64,000 bases of DNA from Savitreella phatthalungensis (taxonomy: Eukaryota), in contig AP039691.1 in the NCBI GenBank assembly GCA_051599415.1, positions 124,001 through 188,000 on the forward strand, in the 5' to 3' direction. Below, piece by piece: positions 11,457 to 21,557 of the stretch; position 1 is the first letter of the stretch, and every line of letters starts with the position of its first letter. The notes below the pieces were generated by a model, which saw only the letters and a list, made by a program, of their open reading frames with translations, was not told the DNA's origin and did not search any database. The translations under genes and the position numbers were made by a program.

Positions 11457-13253
11457 TTATCCCGTGATGGTATGCGTGGCCGCCTTGCACTCCTTGAAGT
11501 TGTCAGCCAGCCAAGCAGGGCATTCGATTCGCTTGTAGAAGACGCTTGGGTTGTTCCAGCGAGTCTTGTTCGGTCCGACCCATCCCTCTTGACGGGACAT
11601 CATCAGGTCGAAGTGCATGTACGCACCGTGCTTGTTCTTGCCGCCGGCCTTGTTGCAGATGGTGACATCGGTCGCTGGCGGGCAGTAGTTGGTGATCATC
11701 ACCTGGATCTTGGTTCCTTCAGGTGCACCGTCTCCGCCGACGTGAGGAACGCTCAGAGGTGCGGCAGTCAACTCGTAGCACCGACCGCATCCTGGACCCA
11801 GCCATCCCTTCTCGCTTCCCCAGATCGATGGCGGTGCGGTTGCCGTGTAGAACGACTGGTCATCGTTGCCCTGCTGCCACTTGTTGTGGACGCATCCGCA
11901 AGCACCTGCACCGTTGGCGTCGTCAGCGTCCATACCGTAGTGAGTCGTTGTTGCCCAGCCGTAGTCGACCACGCTGTCATAGCTCACGATCGGTGCGCCC
12001 GTACTGTCGCAGTTCTTTTGCCACGAGTCGTCCGCTGGGATAGACGAGTTGCCTGTTGAGACACCCGCCAAGCTAGAGGACGAAGAGGCAGACGAGTAAG
12101 CAGGAACGACTGGCCCGCTACCGGTCGGTGTGACAGACGCAGGTGTCGTCGACAGAGCACCAATCGCCATGAATGACACGCTTGAAGATGGTGTCGGGAG
12201 ACTAGCTCCACCGCCACCGCCTGAGATGTTAACCTTTTTCGTTGACAAGGCGCTAGTTGTGAGCTTCTTGGGAGCGGCTTCGACTTCAGACCCAGAAGAT
12301 GGCGTCGGCACGCCAAGGAAAGCCGGAGCCCCTACACTTGATGGTGTAACGTCTGCCTGGCCGCTTGAGATTGATGGACGAGGGATACAGATGTAGTTGT
12401 GGTCGGACGACGGAAGGGGAGAGGTCAGGTATGAAGGCGACGAGAAGCCCGCGGGAACAGATGGGAAGTCAGACACCGGTTGTGTCGAGCCCGCTGGGGT
12501 CGAGTGGGAAGGTGTCGGGAAGGGGAACGAAGTGCCAGGAACCCCGGCGGAGGCAGATGCGCTCTCAGACGTAATGGGCTTCGGCAGCGTTGGAGCAGAC
12601 GATACAGGCAGCGATGCGGCAGCCGCATCAAGAACGCTCGAGCCTGAAAGCGTCGACTGGGAAGCTGATGTCGGTGTGGGAGTTGCCACACAGCCTGCCG
12701 GCATCGATCCACTGATGGTGACACTGCCACTGATGCTCACAGCGGCACTGCAGACGACGGACTCTCAGGGCGACGGCGAGGCACCAAAGTTGAATGCCGG
12801 CAGACCGGAGCCAGTCGGCGTGAACGAGAAACCAGGCGGCACACCAGCGCTCGGCACGAACGAGAAGGCAGGCGGTACACTGCCGCTCGGCACGAACGAG
12901 AAGGCAGGCGGGACACTGCCGCTCGGACCCAATGGGAAGACCGGCGGTCCAGCGTGATTGGGAGTGTGCGAGACGGCCGGTGGCCCTGCGTTGCTTGGAG
13001 CAAATGCGAAGCCAGAGAAAGCTGCAGCGCCAGTAGGCGCTTTGTCTCCTGTGCCCCACGGCGGAGAGCCGAAGTGAGGGTTGTAGTCGTTGCCTGAAGG
13101 CGCACCACTAGGCTTGTGCGCTGACGAGTCGTCAGAGTCGTGTCCGCCAGAATAAGCACCACCTCCAGACGGCTCAATCTTGTGCGGGTTGCGTTTCTCC
13201 ATGGCCGGGCCAGCGGCCGCAATGGAGACAACAGTCGCTAGAGTAAGAAGCAT
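11457..13253 (-). CDS. Secreted GH45 subfamily-B endoglucanase-like protein with a long S/P/T stalk, interrupted by one in-frame TGA at 12765-12767 (possible pseudogene)
   Basis: ORF 13253-12765 (signal peptide MLLTLATVVSIAAA...KR) is in frame with ORF 12740-11457. The C-terminal domain has GACGC, YTA, GPGCGRCYELT, VMITNYCP and HFDL. Confidence 0.75.
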
Positions 13254-13315
13254 GAGGGAAAGAGAGGGAGAGAGAGGGTCGAGGATGTCGATTCAGTCCA
13301 AGCGAATACCATGCC

Positions 13316-13326
13316 CTCTTATACTC
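13316..13326 (-). promoter_or_regulatory. TATA-like element (GAGTATAAGAG)
   Basis: About 65 nt upstream of ATG 13253; same motif as at 10452 and 15518. Confidence 0.5.
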
Positions 13327-13821
13327 ATCTCCTGGTCGATAGTGGGTGATTGGACTATGGCCTGGGAGATGAGATATGTCCACGAGCTCATCACTTAGAT
13401 TTTCGCGTGCGCGTGCCTATGTATCGCTTCTAGTATCGAGGAATGACCAGAGGGACAAGTTACCTGTCGCCAGTGTTGCACGATCCAAGGGATCCTGAAA
13501 CAGGCATCTGGAGCTTAGGTCATGATATGTATCCGCAGCACCTTGCGGAATCAGCAAGCTGCCGAGCTCGCTTACTCTGTACCCTTCTAACGACGTCTCA
13601 AGCAAACCTCAATCAACAAACAAATACATCCTCACGATGACAGCAAAGATCATGCTTGCAATTTCACGCAGATGACTAGAGATCAGTAACCAAACGAGAT
13701 AGGATTGTGTAACTAGCGCGTCGTTGAGGAAGTGCTTCTTTGGAGGGTACGAATGGAGAAGCGCTTGGTCCGTAGTTGAATGCGGACTCGAGCTCAGCGT
13801 GTCAAGAAATGATTTTGACGT

Positions 13822-15438
13822 CTAGTAGCCGCCGGTGTGGTGGTACGTGTCTGATGGGGTGGGTGTGGCAGCTGGGGTGAGGGTCTCACTGCCGGCTGGG
13901 AATGGCAATATGGTGTAGATCGGCTCACCTGAACCGGATGGGTCAGGACCGATCTCGCACTCGTCGTCGCCGCCGGAAGGAGAAGGCGTTGGTGTAGGCT
14001 TACCGTCCGTGCCGCCAGAGGGAGAAGGCGCTGCGCCTCCGTGACCCCACCAAGTGTGATCGTAGCCGTAGCCGTGACCCCAGCCGTAGCCATGGCCGCC
14101 GGAAGCCGATGGTGTGCTTGTAGCCGTGATCGATGCGGTAGGTGTCTCCGTCTTCTTGCCCTTCTTCTTCTTGCAGGTCTTAGACGGCGTCACTGATGGG
14201 ATACCATCACTAGGCGTGCCACTAGGCGTCGGGACTGAAGGAGTTGGCGTGAAGGAGGGCGCGCCAGTTGGATAGCCAGTTGGGTAGCTGACGGATGGAG
14301 CCTCGAGGGTGCCGGTAGGGTAGCTAGCGGATGGAGTTGAGCCAGGAGCGGTCGGATAGCTCGCTGAGGGAGTTTCTCCAGGGCCAGTAGGGTAACCTGT
14401 CGGGTAGCTCGGCGAAGGGAGGCTTGCCGATGGAGGACCACCTGAACCGGTAGGGTAGCTCGCTGAAGGAGTCTCACCAGGGCCAGTCGGGTAGCTTGCG
14501 GATGGGAAGCTTGCCGATGGCGGTCCGATGGGGCCCGTCGGATAGCCAGTTGGGTGACTCGGCCATGGATAGCTTGCAGTGGGAGGAATGCCTGGACCAG
14601 TTGGGTAGCTAGGCGATGGCAAGCTTGCAGTGGGAGGAATGCCTGGACCAGTTGGGTAGCTGGGCGATGGCAAGCTCACAGTAGGAGGAATGCCTGGACC
14701 AGTGGGGTAGCTCGGCGACGGGTAGCTTGCAGTGGGAGGAATGCCTGGACCAGTTGGGTAGCTCGGCGACGGGTAGCTTGCAGTCGGAGGAATGCCTGGA
14801 CCAGTGGGGTAGCTGGGCGATGGCAAGCTCACAGTAGGAGGAATGCCTGGACCAGTGGGGTAGCTCGGCGACGGGTAGCTTGCAGTGGGAGGAATGCCTG
14901 GACCAGTTGGGTAGCTCGGCGACGGGTAGCTTGCAGTCGGAGGAATGCCTGGACCAGTGGGGTAGCTGGGCGATGGCAAGCTCACAGTAGGAGGAATGCC
15001 TGGACCAGTTGGGTAACTCGGCGATGGCAAGCTCACAGTAGGAGGAATGCCTGGACCAGTTGGGTAGCTCGGCGATGGCAAGCTTGCAGTGGGAGGAATG
15101 CCCGGACCAGTGGGGTAGCTTGGAGATGGATAGCTGACTGATGGCGGACCGCCTGGGCCGGTAGGGTAACTCGGTGATGGATAGCTCACTGACGGTGGGC
15201 CCCCTGGACCGGTAGGGATGCTCTTTGACGGGCTACTCTCGATGGGTGGGTAGCCGTGTTCGGGACCGGACGGTGTGGCCGTAGGAGTGGGTGTTGGACT
15301 TGGTGTGGGTCTCGGGTACCCGTGATCGGTAGGTGCGCTTGGTGTGTAGATACCGCCGTCGTGTCCAGGCTTGTGAGGGGCAGCCAGTACCCCTGGAGCC
15401 CAGAACGCAGCGACGGCTGCGGCGAGTGTGAGCTGCAT
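13822..15438 (-). CDS. Secreted Pro/Ser/Thr/Tyr-rich extensin-like repeat protein
   Basis: Signal peptide MQLTLAAAVAAFWAPGVLA, about 13 copies of a 17-aa PTGPGIPPT(A/V)S(L/Y)PSPSY repeat, a CKKKKGKK patch and a GHGYGWGHGY segment. Confidence 0.9.
   Translation of the reverse strand: MQLTLAAAVAAFWAPGVLAAPHKPGHDGGIYTPSAPTDHGYPRPTPSPTPTPTATPSGPEHGYPPIESSPSKSIPTGPGGPPSVSYPSPSYPTGPGGPPSVSYPSPSYPTGPGIPPTASLPSPSYPTGPGIPPTVSLPSPSYPTGPGIPPTVSLPSPSYPTGPGIPPTASYPSPSYPTGPGIPPTASYPSPSYPTGPGIPPTVSLPSPSYPTGPGIPPTASYPSPSYPTGPGIPPTASYPSPSYPTGPGIPPTVSLPSPSYPTGPGIPPTASLPSPSYPTGPGIPPTASYPWPSHPTGYPTGPIGPPSASFPSASYPTGPGETPSASYPTGSGGPPSASLPSPSYPTGYPTGPGETPSASYPTAPGSTPSASYPTGTLEAPSVSYPTGYPTGAPSFTPTPSVPTPSGTPSDGIPSVTPSKTCKKKKGKKTETPTASITATSTPSASGGHGYGWGHGYGYDHTWWGHGGAAPSPSGGTDGKPTPTPSPSGGDDECEIGPDPSGSGEPIYTILPFPAGSETLTPAATPTPSDTYHHTGGY
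14554..15216 (-). repeat. Coding minisatellite, about 13 x 51 bp, with a 153-bp higher-order unit
   Basis: Repeated ggaggaatgcctggaccagt motif on the + strand; the VSL-ASY-ASY triplet of units occurs twice. Confidence 0.9.
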
Positions 15439-15517
15439 GCTGAGGAAGGGATCCTAAAGATGCGAGATAGACGAAGTCGTTGAGTTTGTGGATCGTCTTG
15501 ATAGCAGGATAGACCTC

Positions 15518-15528
15518 CTCTTATACCC
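15518..15528 (-). promoter_or_regulatory. TATA-like element (GGGTATAAGAG)
   Basis: About 80 nt upstream of ATG 15438. Confidence 0.5.
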
Positions 15529-16068
15529 TGCCGCATCCCGGCTCCAGGAGCAGCCATTTCACGTTGCCAGAGCCGCTTGACCCTGAAGCGAATGGCTACA
15601 TCCAGTCACAGGCGCTCGTAAATTTGGTCTCCTGAAGATTCGAGAAAGTCAGGTCACTCTTTTCGCTTTTGTTTGAGAAGTTGCGTCGTGGCTGCTCCTG
15701 AGGAAGCTCATGTCGAAGCGCTCGTTCCGCGAGCTGCAGATGTGGCAGATACGCTTGGCGAGCTGCTATTTAGAGATCGCTGTTGAGTTGCGCTCATACG
15801 GCTGAGACGATGACGCGACATCAGTTTGTGATCTGTGACGACGCGCGAACAGGGAAACTGTTCCTTGGAGTAGCGTGCACGACGAGGATGCGAGACGAAT
15901 ATCAGGTCAGCTGGTCAGCCAGGTCACGGAGTCATTTGGTGTGTCTAATTTGAAAACGCCATGCTTGGTCTATCGTGGTGGAGTTGTCGTGCTATGCTTG
16001 AGATGTGCTTTGCCAAGACACTTCCACGTTGAAGAGTGCGAGACTCCAGACTCCCTGAGTCATCTCGC

Positions 16069-16896
16069 TTAGTCGACATAGCACGTCGCGTTGTTCTGGG
16101 CCATGTAGTCAGGACACTGAATGAGTTTGTAGTCGACGATTGGGTTATCCCACGGAATCGAGCCGACCTGGGGATCCTGGAGCATAATGTCAAAGTGAGC
16201 AGACATGCCGTACTTGTTCTTGGCTGGCGGCGTAGGACACCACTGCTCGTTGCCGTTTGTCGGGCACAGGTTGGTGACCATGACGGTGATCTTTGTGCCT
16301 GTGGCAGCGCCTTTGCCCTGACTGCCGCCGTCGACAGCAGCCTTTGCCGTGAGCTCGTAACAGAAGCCGCAACCTGGTCCAAGCCACGTGCCCGGTCCGA
16401 AGAGGGCAGGAGAGCCAGCTGCCGTGTACACCATCTTTTCAGCATATCCCTTCTGCCACTCTGCCATGATTTCACCAGGACCACCGCATCCGCACGCTCC
16501 CTTCTGATGATCAAAGTACCGAGTCGTGGTCGCCGTGCCAGACGTTGACGCACCGGGCCAAGTACCAAAACCTTTGAGACCAGCTGGACTGGTGTCGCCG
16601 ACGGAAGGCTTGTCAGGCGTGCTCGAGGATGCAGGAATTGCAGGGGTGGCGATCGGGCTGGTGATTGAGCTGGTATTGAAGTCTACCTTGCCGGAGAACG
16701 CTGCGGTGATGTCGGCACGAGATGGAGCAGTTGAAGCGTCTGGTAATGCTATGCTCGGTGTGGGATTCCCGACTGAAGTAGTGACCTTGTTGCTGGTCGA
16801 AGCCGCTTTTGGCCGACATTGCTTGACAGTCTTACTGGAGGCAAACGGGAAAGACAGGAGAAGGAAAGGAAGTGAAGTGCGCAGGTGCAGGTGCAT
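16069..16896 (-). CDS. Secreted GH45 subfamily-B endoglucanase (Trichoderma Cel45A/EGV-like)
   Basis: Signal peptide and S/T/P linker, then TTTRYFDHQKGACGC, YTAAGSPALF, GPGCGFCYELT, VMVTNLCP, NEQWCP and HFDIM. Both catalytic-type Asp residues (YFD, HFD) are present. Confidence 0.92.
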   Translation of the reverse strand: MHLHLRTSLPFLLLSFPFASSKTVKQCRPKAASTSNKVTTSVGNPTPSIALPDASTAPSRADITAAFSGKVDFNTSSITSPIATPAIPASSSTPDKPSVGDTSPAGLKGFGTWPGASTSGTATTTRYFDHQKGACGCGGPGEIMAEWQKGYAEKMVYTAAGSPALFGPGTWLGPGCGFCYELTAKAAVDGGSQGKGAATGTKITVMVTNLCPTNGNEQWCPTPPAKNKYGMSAHFDIMLQDPQVGSIPWDNPIVDYKLIQCPDYMAQNNATCYVD

Positions 16897-16979
16897 GACG
16901 ATTTGGTCTGATAGGAGCGATGGACGATGAGTAGGTGGCTGCTATGGAAGTATATGAGCTCTGTACGTGTGAGGCTGAG

Positions 16980-17010
16980 GATGTGGATGTGGATGTGGAT
17001 GTGGATGTGG
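16980..17010. repeat. (GATGTG)n microsatellite upstream of the GH45 gene
   Basis: gatgtggatgtggatgtggatgtggatgtgg. Confidence 0.85.
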
Positions 17011-18447
17011 ACACGGACGTTGGAGGGGTGAGAGCGAAGTCTTGTGCTTATATCGTCTCTCACCTACGAACCCCGAGAGAGATGGACGGAGAAGCTATGA
17101 ACATTACAAACAGACAGACAGGGGTCCGAGCCAGAGGTATGTGAGCAATGTACTCTGGACGCGTATTTGGCGTTGGTATGGTTGCATCATCATGTTTGGT
17201 GGACATGTGCCTTCTGGAATTCATCAAAGTAAGATTAACTTGGCGCAAGACACATACGTGGGGGTTCAGCTGCATGTAGACGATAAGCATACAAGAACGT
17301 TTCAATGGTATGTAGACAAGAAGACTTGAAGTTTTCATGATATTGAGACGTTACGACTTGACAATTGGAAAGAGGGTGCTGGGGTCGATACGGGAGAGTA
17401 GAATCGAATAGAAGGTAAATCATTTCAGCCCTCCGCCCTTCCCATCACATCTCATCTCGTCTCTTTGAGTCTGATATCTGCTGCGGTATGATTGAATGGC
17501 ATACATACTGTTGAGAACTGATACGCATATCTATCCTGTGAACAATGCACGCTCACGAACTGTTTGTATTACATGGATTGTCTATTAGTCGTGTACAGGG
17601 AACATCGCTACGCTGATCATCGAGATTGACTGATGGAGCTGCACGCGTGTGGTTGTGGGAGGGTGGCGTCCAAGTTGTTCTGCCTGGCCTGCCTGCCGTG
17701 CTAGCCACTGCATATGCATTCTATTATTGGACATTATAGCTGTCACTAAGAGAATGAGTATACCGCCACGAGCTATTCTGCCGTGTATAGATTGACATGC
17801 AAGATGAGATCAATTGCCTAGGTTAACTTTGCAATGTAATTTAAATTTTAAACCAAGATTTGCATATCCTGCATGATAATTTCATTGATTTAAATTGCAG
17901 GATACAATTGCTGTAGATGCTGACCCAGAGTCAATTAATTCCATATCAACCGTAATTTGATTTAAATACAATTTTCATTTGCATATGTATCGAGATTGAC
18001 TTCCACCTGATGAGCACTTGACTAATTACTAGATGAATAAATTGCTTCATGGATCGTGATCAGTCTAGAGCAGTGACTTTGTTGAGTGAATTTTCTTACA
18101 TTGCATATGGAAATACTTGCACGTGAAGATTCATGTCCGCCATGATCAATTTACAGTCTGAAAAGTATCACTGCATGCATGCATGCATATGATCATAATC
18201 AATCAACCATCATCTCATACCTGATACCTGATACCTCATACCTCATACCTCATAGGTATCCATCCCATTTGCATGTGCTCGACAACAGCAGCTCATCTCT
18301 ACAACACGACTGATTTCCCTTCTGTACACAACTTGCAAATCCATTCACAGCCATTCAGTCACCTTTAATTGGTCCAATTCACTCGGATCTCCCATCATCC
18401 TCAATTTCACAGCGTCTTTGTGAGGTCTATTGATGAAACAGTGCTGA

Positions 18448-19602
18448 ATGACTGCACTCGCTCAGTTCTCGATTGAGAACGACATCAAGCAGCTCGCTCA
18501 AGACGATGAAATCTTCAGATTCGACGTAGAACACCAAAAGAATCTACGAAAAGATGAACCATGGGCTTCGAACCCGCGGTTCTTCACTAGTGCCCGAATC
18601 TCCGCACTTGCCCTCGTCAAGATGACCACCCATGCTCGATCAGGTGGAGACATTGAAGTCATGGGTCTCATGCAGGGTAAAGTCACTGCCGAAGGCGAAT
18701 TCATCGTCCTAGACTCCTTTGCGCTCCCAGTGGAAGGCACAGAGACACGTGTCAATGCAGGTGCAGAAGCCTACGAGTACATGTTCCAGTACAAAACGGC
18801 GGCAGAAGAGGTGGGTCGCATCGAAAATGTCATCGGATGGTACCATTCTCATCCAGGATACGGTTGCTGGCTATCAGGAATCGATGTCGGAACCCAAAAA
18901 GAAAATCAGCGCTATCAAGATCCCTTCCTTGCTGTCGTCATTGATCCGCATCGGACGATCGCTACTGGCAAAGTGGAAATTGGTGCATTCAGAGTCTACC
19001 CGGAGGGCTACCAGCCAGACGAAGAAGAAATCGATTCTACCGCTCCAGGGAAATCAATCACGACGAGCACAAGTCGCGGACCAGTACCATCAAACAAAAT
19101 CGATGACTTTGGCGTCCACGCAAACCAGTACTACCCTCTAGAAGTATCACACTTCAAGTCATCCCTCGACGGCAAGTTGCTTGATGCCCTCTGGTCAAAA
19201 TACTGGGTGGCCACACTTGCTGCTAATCCACTGGCCGCCGGGCGTGACTATACGCTTGAGCGCCTAGAGGATGTCGAACAGCGACTGCGGCAAGCAGGCA
19301 ACACCTCTAGCCAATTCACGTCGTCCCGCCACAGGCACGATCGCCGTCGTGGAGTGAAAGTCTTGCGTGGTGACGTGCCTATGGATATCGACCCTGCCGC
19401 CAACGCCACCTCTGCAGCCGCACCACCCACCAAAGCTGGCGCCGCTTCAGCTTCGGCCGTTGCAGCCTCCAACGGTACAAATCCCGCGCGGCCTGAAACA
19501 GAGCTTGACAAACTCGCTCGAGATCTAGCGGCCATCGCAAACGAGCAGCACAACGGTGTGTTGTCGCAACAGCTCAAAGTCAGGCTATTTCAGCAGGTCT
19601 GA
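18448..19602 (+). CDS. CSN5: COP9 signalosome subunit 5 (JAMM deneddylase)
   Basis: [43 protein letters not shown] motif [32 protein letters not shown]. Confidence 0.96.
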   Translation: MTALAQFSIENDIKQLAQDDEIFRFDVEHQKNLRKDEPWASNPRFFTSARISALALVKMTTHARSGGDIEVMGLMQGKVTAEGEFIVLDSFALPVEGTETRVNAGAEAYEYMFQYKTAAEEVGRIENVIGWYHSHPGYGCWLSGIDVGTQKENQRYQDPFLAVVIDPHRTIATGKVEIGAFRVYPEGYQPDEEEIDSTAPGKSITTSTSRGPVPSNKIDDFGVHANQYYPLEVSHFKSSLDGKLLDALWSKYWVATLAANPLAAGRDYTLERLEDVEQRLRQAGNTSSQFTSSRHRHDRRRGVKVLRGDVPMDIDPAANATSAAAPPTKAGAASASAVAASNGTNPARPETELDKLARDLAAIANEQHNGVLSQQLKVRLFQQV

Positions 19603-19775
19603 TCTGCACTCGCACTGGATGACCCACACGCCTTATACACAGATGACACTCTCAAGATGACCACAAGTTTACTGAATGACATGACTGCATATCGAAGAGG
19701 CAAGGTGAAATGTATAAGAAAGCGGTCGTTATAATCCTGTTCGTTTGTCGTGAGTCCACAGATTGTTGTCCGTGC

Positions 19776-21263
19776 TTACTGACCCGACTGCTGCTGACGT
19801 TGTCGAAGTCTTGCAGCCAGCTCACTCGCACCAACATAGTCCTCCCATGACATGTGTGATGACAATCTCGATTTTGCCAATTCGCGCGCCAATCTGAGTC
19901 TGAGTGCGAGCTCGTCCCCATCGAGTGTCGCTGCTTCCTCCACATCCGCCTCGCCCTGCTTTCCGCAGATGCCCTCACTCGCAGGCCGGCCTAGCGTACG
20001 CTGTCGCGTCCGCACAAAGTCGTCCTGGATGCGCACGCTCAAGTCCTCGGGAATCGCACCTTCCTTCAGCCTCGCCGCAGAGATATACGCTGAGGCGAGA
20101 GCCAGATCACCAGGTTCAGAACTCTCTTCAAGTGATACCTGGCCCAACTGCGTCTCGACAGATCCTGTCGAAAGAGTCACAGTGACTGCAGTCGGTGCTG
20201 GCAGAAGTGACTTGCCAGTGGAGACGGCGATGACGGCCACGTCGACTGGGATCTCGAGTCTGTTGAAAGGAAATGCGAACGGGAGCTTCTGTGAGTCCAT
20301 GACAGCACTCAGAGACTGTAAGTCTCGGATCCCGCGCTCTGTCAACTTGCCTTCGTCCATGCGTGTCTCGTCGATCAGGATCAGGCTGTCGGCTGGCGCC
20401 TGGAGTGCACCTGGCGTGAAGTCCTCGCCGTCGTGATGAGGTGTGAGAATGCCACTGTTCAAAGACGGCACGTCCAGCCGCACGCCCACAAACAGCGGAG
20501 CTACCTGCCGCAGCACAGATGCCAGCGCGTCGGCAACGGCAGGCGAAACCCCGCGCACGCACAGCGGTAGCGGTCCCACTAACACAGGCTCCCGCGTCGC
20601 CACGCCCGAGATCATCGACAGCAGAACGAGCTCGGCGGCGAGGTCGTCTCCCCCAAAGACCTGAGTGAGTTTGCCGATGAGGCTTGAACGGTGATCTGCT
20701 GAGACTGTCTTCGATGCTGCGCGATATGAAGCTAGTCGTTGCTGCTCGACGACAAGTCCATGTACCACGGTCCCATTATCACACACGATCCCCACAACAT
20801 CGATAAACCCATGCAGAAGTCCATCCTCTTTCTCGTTGTACAGCTTCACCGTGACGGAGTCTCCGCCATCGAGTGTCCTACACCGGAGCGAGAGCCGTTC
20901 CTCAAACACCACATCCCTCTGCTCGACCTCTTCCGCGTTTCCAGACTCCTCACCATCCAAACCGTACCTGCCCAGTGCCCAGCCATCAAATCCTCGACGC
21001 CACGCGCCAGCGTAGATTTCTGTGTCAGAGTGGACGACATAGCATGCACACCGGACGAGTCTAGCACCGGATGTCAGGCCATCCTTCAGCCAAGGCACCT
21101 TTGCAAGCTCGTCGGCGTCCGAGAAGGCCTGTTCGAACCGCGCTGGAATGCCGTAGTCATTATCAGCAGTCGGGATGTTACCGAGCGCGAGCGCATCTGC
21201 AAAAGCAGATTGGATGTGGTCCAAAGGCGCATCAATCAACGCCGCAGAGTCTTGATTGACCAT
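19776..21263 (-). CDS. Mini-chromosome maintenance complex-binding protein (MCM-BP/Mcb1-like)
   Basis: GGDDLAAELVLL, GALQAPADSLILIDETRMDEGKLTERGIRDL, QKLPFAFPF, STGKSLL, IQDDFVRTRQ, LRLARELAKS. Confidence 0.85.
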   Translation of the reverse strand: MVNQDSAALIDAPLDHIQSAFADALALGNIPTADNDYGIPARFEQAFSDADELAKVPWLKDGLTSGARLVRCACYVVHSDTEIYAGAWRRGFDGWALGRYGLDGEESGNAEEVEQRDVVFEERLSLRCRTLDGGDSVTVKLYNEKEDGLLHGFIDVVGIVCDNGTVVHGLVVEQQRLASYRAASKTVSADHRSSLIGKLTQVFGGDDLAAELVLLSMISGVATREPVLVGPLPLCVRGVSPAVADALASVLRQVAPLFVGVRLDVPSLNSGILTPHHDGEDFTPGALQAPADSLILIDETRMDEGKLTERGIRDLQSLSAVMDSQKLPFAFPFNRLEIPVDVAVIAVSTGKSLLPAPTAVTVTLSTGSVETQLGQVSLEESSEPGDLALASAYISAARLKEGAIPEDLSVRIQDDFVRTRQRTLGRPASEGICGKQGEADVEEAATLDGDELALRLRLARELAKSRLSSHMSWEDYVGASELAARLRQRQQQSGQ

Positions 21264-21363
21264 ACTTTGAAAGTGACGATCTGGTCAGTCAGATACGTGA
21301 TAAACAGGGTCTTCAGTCAAGGTAGACAACTACTGAGCTGCAGACAAATTTGAAATCTTCGTT

Positions 21364-21511
21364 ACGCGTACATGCTCACGTACGCGTCTGTAAATGCAAA
21401 AACTGATTGCAAGATTGATTGACTCTCCGTAAATTCGTGACTGAGAGCAGAAGAGCTCAAGTTTACAAGTCACAAAGACCTTCAGGTAGGCCATTCAGCA
21501 CGAAGACGCGT
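21364..21511. promoter_or_regulatory. Three MluI cell-cycle boxes (ACGCGT at 21364, 21382, 21506) in the divergent MCM-BP/RFC4 promoter
   Basis: Exact ACGCGT hexamers between two replication genes; this is the MBF element in ascomycetes. Confidence 0.65.
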
Positions 21512-21557
21512 CACTAGAGACACTACGTCCACGTCAGAGGGTTAAACAGTCTGACAG

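Noticed and set aside
14554..15216. Regular 51-bp repeats as a CRISPR array
   Set aside because: No unique spacers; the repeats are in-frame coding units of a secreted eukaryotic protein, and there are no cas genes.
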